Shown here one piece after another: positions 54,192-64,000 of a stretch of 64,000 nt of DNA (the stretch's first letter is position 1; each line of letters opens with the position of its first letter). Made by a program: the position numbers and the translations under genes. The notes under the pieces were generated by a model. It did not search any database. It was not told where the DNA came from and saw only the letters and a list, made by a program, of their open reading frames with translations. The stretch comes from Bigelowiella natans CCMP2755 (lineage: Eukaryota > Protista > Cercozoa): positions 1 to 64,000 of the forward strand of contig ADNK01001083.1 of the NCBI GenBank assembly GCA_000320545.1, written 5' to 3'.

Positions 54192-55255
54192 CGAGATACA
54201 ATTCGAGTGCGAATATTAGATAATATTCTAAATGGTATGCCCCCCCTCCCCCCCCCCCTCCCCCTGATTCTCACCACTCAGAAGTGCATTGTTGAAGAAG
54301 TCCGAAAGCACAGGTTTGTTGTTTGACTTGTGTTGTTGTGCTGTTTTCTTTGTAAACAATGCACCAAGCAAACACTCACAACATTCATCATCAGATGTGC
54401 GGTTGCAAACACGAGCGAGAGTATTTTTAGGAATATCACCACGTAAACGCGCGTCTAATATATAAATCTTGCGAGACTGAGATCTGTATCTTGCAGGCAC
54501 TCTCTTGGCGACGATGCTCTGGTATACGATCGATGTTTAATCATATGGCCTTTTTTGGGTTGCGAAGAGATATTGGAAAGGAACAAAACAAAAGGGTGTA
54601 GAATCTCTAAAGCGTGTTGCCTTTTGCTATCGTAGGAACTTATTCCAATCGCCATCAAACTCATAATGCCTACGAGATGTGGTACTAGATGCATGCAAAT
54701 GCACGCTAGGGAAGAGTAGTGATATCGCTGCAGATATCATATATTAAATCCACCCTCAAATAAGTTTACAAGTAGCTAAAAGTAACTGCGATCTGTTTTG
54801 TGTATGTGGAGAGGGACTAGGAGGGGAAGAGATCTGTTGGGTTCTCTTTTCGAGCACTAAAAACAAGAAATCCAAGTCTTCTTAATTCCAATGTCTCTGT
54901 TTGATGTAAAGATCCGATCGAAGTGTGCGAACGTGAGCTTTTGGAAGCTCAGGTGATTTTCTTGCAGAGAGAGCAATATGTCCGATTGCCTGCATGTGTG
55001 TCCATCTCCACGAATGCTCACAACAGCCGTTTTCAACTTTTCTGTCTATCTATGACTCCTAAGGTGAAAGTGTGTGGCCAATGCGCGGATAAGCTCACTC
55101 GTCGTAGGAGGAATGATCGTTCCAACAAGTCGCCGAAACCGCCAAAATCTCTCAAGCCAAAGCTAGTGAGTGGATTTACTTGCCAGACATTTTGAATTTG
55201 AAACAACCCTTGGTTTTCGTGTCGTATTTTCAGTTTGCAGCTCCCAAAAATATAA

Positions 55256-55297
<42 letters not shown>

Positions 55298-55423
55298 GTG
55301 CAATGAACGAATGGCCTCCCTTCCTAACAAATAGGAGAGTTTGAATCCGAGCGACGAGTATATCGAGATCATCACAGGCAGAAATAGGAACACCAAACCG
55401 CAGAGGTTCTTCATTGTTTATGA

Positions 55424-55455
<32 letters not shown>

Positions 55456-56052
55456 GATACGCAACGTCGCCAGCAGCGGGATATAAGATCGATGCTTTGT
55501 TTCTTGTACTGCCACACTAACACCTTTACTCTCATATCTCAAAACATAATTTCACGTTTGACCGCATCCAGTTTTTGCTTTCAATGATTCCGCATTGTAT
55601 GCAACCCACATGGGTTAAGTCGGCGTGCACGACTTGGTGTATGTGCCCATATTCATCCCTACAATTATGCCACCTTTACGTACGTTTTCTTCCCGATCTT
55701 CAGCTACATAGCAGAAGTTACAAATCGTCTATATCCATATCCGAAAGATGAGGTCATGCCGATGACAACGACGACGACGATGATGATGATGATGATGATG
55801 ATAGTGCTTGCCCATGATGGGAGATGGGAAGAAAGAATCAGATGAGATCTCTAAATGGGTTAAGAGTAATTCGCATTGCAATTTAATATTTTCATTGTAC
55901 TTATCTTCTTTCTTCGTTGTTTCCCCTTATTCTCTCCATCTAATCGGTCGCACAGGACGATGAGGAGGTGAATAGCTAGGAAGTTTTTACTATATACGTC
56001 GTTTATATATTGTCCATTACATGTGAAAATTGTCTGCACGCACGCGCATGCT

Positions 56053-56097
<45 letters not shown>

Positions 56098-56131
56098 CGT
56101 AAAATCTGGCTTATATGCCGTATGTAGACCA

Positions 56132-56175
<44 letters not shown>

Positions 56176-56498
56176 CTCTCTTTTTTTTTTCCTCGCTTGC
56201 GCGCGCTCTGAAATAGGCATAATAATACTGGTATAATGGTCACCAAAACACACACGTTTGAAATTCAGGTGTCGGATATATTCGGTACATGGGAGAAGGC
56301 CTACCAGAAATTCGTTGGATCACATGTTCCTAATAATAAAGAGAGGTACAACTTCGAGGGGCAGCAGTTATGAATCTAGTTAGCATCATCGCTGGAGTAA
56401 TATCTTTAACTGTCATCACATATGATTCTACTGCTGAACCCTAAGCATGGTAGATTTCGCATTTCTCTCAATGGTATGTAGGTGCGGATATGTATATG

Positions 56499-56538
<40 letters not shown>

Positions 56539-56708
56539 GTGTGTGTGCGCGCGCGCTCAATATTTCTCATGTAGGTCGCGAAAAAAAGCATTCCCTGTAT
56601 CGCCGATGCGGTACTAGTATTATTTATTCTAAAAAATAATAATTAAAAAAATGATATGAAAATGTAGTCATGCACACACAATTAGTTGCGCAAGTCAGTT
56701 TATTCAAA

Positions 56709-56744
<36 letters not shown>

Positions 56745-57080
56745 TTCACAAGGACTATTATTGGACCTACTCGTCAGTTGAGCCTTAACGCGGACGGTAC
56801 ACTTGTGACACTTTATCTGAGAATATTTCGCTATTTGATGGGTTGCTCTCCATCATCGCATCAAAATATGATGATGGGAGGAATGAAATTGATCAAATAT
56901 GCTTGATACGGTGATGTATTTCCCCTGTTTGGGTGTTTGGGTTATAAAACTTACTTTTTTTCGGGTTAATTGTCGCATAATAGGATATTCAATGGATCGG
57001 AACAATTTCTTATATCGGGTGCTGCAGCATTTGAGATCTTTGACTCTCTCTTTGTGTGTTTATCCTTTGTAAAAATCCAC

Positions 57081-57116
<36 letters not shown>

Positions 57117-57384
57117 TAACTTCTATCTACTTCCTATTTTAGGCGAAAATTGATACCGAAAACATTCCCTTATTGTCTCTTCACTCACAACGACTTGCGA
57201 CAAGCCCGCTAAATCATGTAATTTGAACAGCACCCCATACACAGTTGCTGCACGTTTGTGCTCTTTTTCCCAAAAATGATGTAATCTCAATTCAAAACAC
57301 AGTCATCACGGCCACACACAAGTGCAGGCTCCGCATCCAGGCCTGAATGGAAGGTGGTCATCACACATGCAGTGTGCATTCATG

Positions 57385-57454
<70 letters not shown>

Positions 57455-57461
57455 CGCGCGC

Positions 57462-57502
<41 letters not shown>

Positions 57503-57506
57503 GCGC

Positions 57507-57553
<47 letters not shown>

Positions 57554-58471
57554 GGAGGAGAGAGACCATTATGTCACAGTATTACATTTAGAATTCTATT
57601 TTTTATAAAATATTCTATGGAAAAACAATTAAAGATTAGTTAAAGTGGATACGCTTCTGCAAATTTGTTTGCTTCTTTGGTATATGGGTGGAGACAGATG
57701 TGTCATGCGTACTCGCTTTGATTGCTTCTTTTTCTACTACTTACCAGAGTGGAACTTTGCGTGGGAACCCTCTATTCACCGATTTGAAGGGAAAAGAAGA
57801 CTACACAGATGGTTTCAGCACAAAAGTAATTCTCAAAAATCAAACTGTAAATAAACCATGCGTGTGCAACAAACACATGCACATGCTGTGTTTTGAAAAA
57901 ACTTCGCACTCTAATTCTCATTTCAAAACGAAATTTCACAGGCTAAAGTTCGGAGCGCTAGAAAAGCGGCATTTAGCGTACGTGACAATAGTGACGATAA
58001 AATAAATTTATTTTCTTTGCAGTCGCATGCAATGCTTTTTTGTATCTTAAAACCATTTCTGTTTCTGAATTTTGTGAGGCATATCTTCCTTTCACATAGA
58101 TGTATGATGTGTTATTAACTAAGAACGCCGCTACACAAATTGAGCATTCTGTTTTGGCTGCTATGAAATAGCGCATATCAGCAGTCCAAGGACCTAAGAC
58201 TTCCCGTTCTGTAAAAACAAAGGTGGTGTGACATCATAGTCTCACGAAATTCAAGCAAATGTGTTGATCTGCAATCAAACAATTGAATTAAAGACAATAG
58301 CGACAAGCGATATTTCTTTGAATCATTTATCCTGATACGGCAAATAACCAAATTTCATCTCAACTTCGATCGGTGGCCAACATTGTCATATTTTAATTGT
58401 CGGCTCGACTCATTTAGAACTATGCTTTGATGACTGGACGAAAGACTGCAAGGAGCGCACGGAGACATTAA
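48789..58471 (+). CDS. Large many-exon uncharacterised protein: structured N-terminal domain, split CxxC...CxxC, basic tail
   Basis: Joined exons MFNSYSVEGIYHFLYLEP...IAIPDTVIYSRGQPIAWY, MRVTWGSKGVKIERRRC...CVTYEGP, DFVRHISQVSRGSGTRLKRLVLHFKMD, FCWFWTC, FRCPNCKR, VKVCGQCAD. Probable stop TAA at 58469-58471. Could be two genes. Confidence 0.6.
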
Positions 58472-59726
58472 AGGAAGATGGCAGCCTCCAGATGGAGCTC
58501 GGCCATTGTCTAGAATTTACATCTAAACAGCATTCATCCTTTACTGTAAAGTGGGATGATTACCGCATGAGAACTGATTATGATTGCTAATGATACGGCG
58601 AGCAGAGAGCTAGGTGCTATGAACAACTACATCTATTCAAGTGTAAATTGAATGCTGAGCGGCAAAATAACATGGGCTTAGTCGTGTGCATCAATGCATG
58701 AGATGAACAACTATATTATTCGCGAGCATGGAGTATTTTAGTGTCATGCAGTCAAATCAGGGGTGCGCGCAAACATTGTTAATGTTGCAACACATATTGT
58801 CTAGCATCTTATTGCATTGTGTCCATCGCACTGCAATGTTCATATGCTATATTGTGCGCACGCGTGCAACCACGCCATGCAAATGACCACAGCTACGTAC
58901 TAGGGGAGCGATTAATAAGCATGCACCTTGTGCCTCACTTGCGTCGTATCAACGGTTTTAGCGCGTGATCCTTGCCTCAAAACCATATCAAAAATGGACA
59001 ACTAAGCCTACTTGCTTGTGTACATCAGTTGCATTTGCGCTTGCTTTGCATGGCGTATTATGCGTTGTGCAAGCAACTACGCGTAGCACAATCTAGTTAG
59101 CTAGCAATGGCCGCACCATTCCAGACACCATTGTTGCAAGCTGGCATTTGAATGTTGTAGGTAGCAGGGCGCATCCTCATCTCACTCACTAGCCCAGTAC
59201 GTGTACGATACGTCGACATGGAAACTATGCGCTGGCATGTGTGTGGATGCAGCTGTACTCAGCTTCACACCATTGCTAGAATGTGCAAACTGCACTGCGT
59301 CAGACTATTGTACCGAAAGCGATGCGCGACATTTGAAAAGTTATATTGCGCACAAGCTAGATGAACCTTTGATTGAATACTCTCATCAAAGAACACTTTA
59401 GACATTTAGGAAGGGACATGTGCAATGACCATCACATGGCCGGTGCTAGTTAACGCTTGAGAGTACACGAAAAATTACGACCCATCACGTTCATATATTA
59501 CATAAGGCTTTCTTTATTTTAATCCAATAAACGATTAGAATCATGACTTGTCTAAATTTACCAACAGCATTTATCATCGATATAAATATCGTTTTGAGGT
59601 CACACAAATTCAACGTTAATCAACTATTTGCCCTAATTCCACGATTATTGAAGATGACTAGATGTACAACTGCACACATTTTGGTCACATATGCCGAATG
59701 TTACAAGCTTTGAGCGCGAGTGCATG

Positions 59727-64000
<4,274 letters not shown>

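Overview
Eukaryotic nuclear DNA, intron-dense with microsatellite-filled introns. Several genes carry signal-peptide + transit-like leaders, which suggests a secondary-plastid alga, most consistent with a chlorarachniophyte (inference). Manual splicing supports about 12 genes. Recognisable ones: SOUL heme-binding protein, COG0523/CobW zinc GTPase with a His-rich insert, zinc finger + SpoU/TrmH methyltransferase, PsbP-domain protein, Sqt1/AAMP-like WD40 protein with an N-terminal leader, an ankyrin-repeat gene and a histidine acid phosphatase. The rest are hypotheticals. Almost all ORFs in the supplied track are intronic or antisense shadows. Two things stand out. (1) A ~2.9 kb domain (40674-43610) around a non-LTR retrotransposon remnant is almost free of TpA; the six survivors are all in CTAG, and scars read as TA->TG/CA/CG. 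This looks like a targeted A-to-G hypermutation process, a possible RIP-like defence with opposite chemistry. (2) A DARPin-like ankyrin gene has eight 99-nt one-repeat exons separated by near-identical introns, varying mainly at the binding-surface positions. Exon boundaries and counts were read by eye; hypothetical gene ends are approximate.
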